Assembly: GCA_001949185.1 (NCBI GenBank)
Contig: BDGG01000008.1
Coordinates: forward strand, 124,001 to 188,000
Direction: 5' to 3'
Length of the DNA stretch: 64,000 bases
From: Ramazzottius varieornatus
Lineage: Eukaryota > Animalia > Tardigrada
This document shows, in pieces, positions 62,429 through 64,000 of the stretch (position 1 is the first letter of the stretch; each line of letters starts with the position of its first letter). The notes under the pieces are model-generated. The model made no database searches and was not told the origin of the DNA. It saw only the letters and a program-made list of their open reading frames with translations. Made by a program: the position numbers and the translations under genes.

Positions 62429-63353
62429 ATGGATTCTACTGCTTCGTCGGAAAGAACCGTCACAAGACGTGTGATTGTCTCGCCGAAGTCCCCTGCTGCC
62501 ATCGGTCCATACAGGTTATAAGATCTGCTATAGTCAGATTGATACGCGCAATCTGTAAGCCGTCATGTGCTGATCTCAAGTAGATTTTCCATGTTTCCAG
62601 TTCGGCCATTCTCGCCAACGATACATTGTACATTTCCGGTCAGCTAGGAATCGACGCATCAAAAGGAGCTGATTTGGTTTCTGGGTACGTCAAAAATTTG
62701 CATTCACGTCAAAACTTTCCCCTTGTGTCCGCGCGAAAAGTTTGTCAACGTCCACCTGTTGCAGTGGCGTCGAAAAGGAAGCCGAACAGGCTTTGGTAAT
62801 CCCGACTCCCGTTGAATCCCGTATTTGAACTACAAGCTTCGATTTCTGCCGCCAGCTTTTGTTTGCATGCCATTTGCTGTTTCATAATCTGTTGATTGCA
62901 ATATTTCTGAAGGTTAATATGGGATACATTTTGAATGCGGCTGGCGCTGACTACCGGCACGTCGTTAAGACCACAGTCCTCCTGGCAGATATCAACGACT
63001 TCCAAGCTGTGAATCAGGTAGCGTTATGAAAGTTTCGTAATAGCCCACTGACATTAAAATCATACAAGGTCATTACTAACCCACACGAAGCGCGCCAAAT
63101 ATTATGTCAGTGGTCGAAATCAGATGGTGTTCTTCTCTTTTCTAGGTCTATGCCAAATTTTTGACTCACGTAAGAGCATTCATACTTTCGATTTTTTTCG
63201 ACCAGAATACGTCATTGGTAGAAGGAACGCATATACTCTAGAATCTTTTAGAATCCACCTGCTCGAGCCGCTTATCAGGTCGCTGCATTGCCAAAGAACG
63301 CTCGTGTGGAGATCGAAGCCATCGCGGTTGTCGGAACTATCAAGAATGACTGA
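62429..63353 (+). CDS. RIDA: RidA / YjgF-YER057c-UK114 2-iminobutanoate/2-iminopropanoate deaminase
   Basis: Exons give [30 protein letters not shown] and [24 protein letters not shown] with the catalytic Arg retained; stop TGA 63351-63353. Confidence 0.93.
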
Positions 63354-63545
63354 TGAAGATGTGTGACGCGGAAGTTGTGCCTTGAAAGGCAAACATTGCT
63401 CAGGTGGCTCGGTTGAGCTTATATCTTTCCACGCGCAAAGGGAGTATTACGCGCTTTATTCCGTTTGATCTTTAAATCGATATCCGATCACAGTAAAAAC
63501 AATTTAGAAACTCGAGGTAAAGATCTTTCCGTGCCAGATGGTGGA

Positions 63546-64000
63546 CTAGCTGTTGATCAAGGTAGTAATGTTCGTATGTTCGTTCGCATTTCTTACGGTG
63601 TCGTTCTTCTCGCTCACTGTCACTTGAGATAAGGTATCGGGAAGGGGTCCGCTGGTTGCCGCGCTGACATCAGACTGGGGACTCGCTTGCTGCACGGGAG
63701 CTAGGAGTGGTCGAAGTGAAGCCGCATTTATTTCTGACACCTTCGCTTGATGGAGATCTGAAGACTTTAGTTTCTCCTGAGCCGTTAAAGGCGAAGAAGA
63801 GTTCGTAGGTGCGATATTGGGTACACCCGACGAGTACGATTCGATTCTGTTTCCTTTGTTGAAGTTAGCCGTTGCATTTTCCGCTGTGTTGTCCGTTTTG
63901 GCTTTGGCGGAAGTGAACGTCATATCTCTTAAAGCTCCTGACGCAGCCACGGGTATCACGGATTCAGTCTTGTTCTCGGAGGTAGAATTGCTGTTGTGAA
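63546..64000 (-). CDS. 3' end of an unidentified Ser/Thr/Ala-rich low-complexity protein (partial)
   Basis: Open frame running off the right edge of the window with stop at 63546-63548; no recognisable domain. Confidence 0.55.
   Translation of the reverse strand, partial: HNSNSTSENKTESVIPVAASGALRDMTFTSAKAKTDNTAENATANFNKGNRIESYSSGVPNIAPTNSSSPLTAQEKLKSSDLHQAKVSEINAASLRPLLAPVQQASPQSDVSAATSGPLPDTLSQVTVSEKNDTVRNANEHTNITTLINS

Overview
Eukaryotic animal DNA from a very compact, gene-dense genome with mostly ~55-90 nt GT-AG introns. The protein sequences are invertebrate-like; a tardigrade-like ecdysozoan is my guess and is not proven. Gene order: 3' part of an alpha2-adrenergic-like biogenic amine GPCR (+), PLC-beta4/NorpA-type phospholipase C (-, with an assembly gap in intron 1), PIP4K2 (+), CISD3/MiNT (-), VPS50 (+) hosting a nested antisense PP1-like pseudophosphatase, TOM22 (-), POLR1B (+), a ~25 kb ryanodine receptor (+) hosting a nested antisense 6-exon orphan gene with a PAM2-like motif, UVSSA (-), RidA (+) and the end of an S/T-rich gene (-). 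Most notable observations: (1) the CISD3 protein has Cys in place of the His ligand in both CDGSH motifs (CDGAC, CDNTC), so it is a natural 4Cys NEET; (2) the nested PPP-family protein has lost several metal and phosphate ligands; (3) the last two RyR introns are homologous to each other, a candidate local intron-gain event; (4) two families of short intronic palindromes have conserved arms and near-fixed 25-nt and 30-nt spacers; (5) the RyR pore and S4-S5 region are divergent. A Tc1/mariner-type MITE, a larger foldback element and three GC-AG introns are also present. All exon structures were read by eye and no database searches were run.
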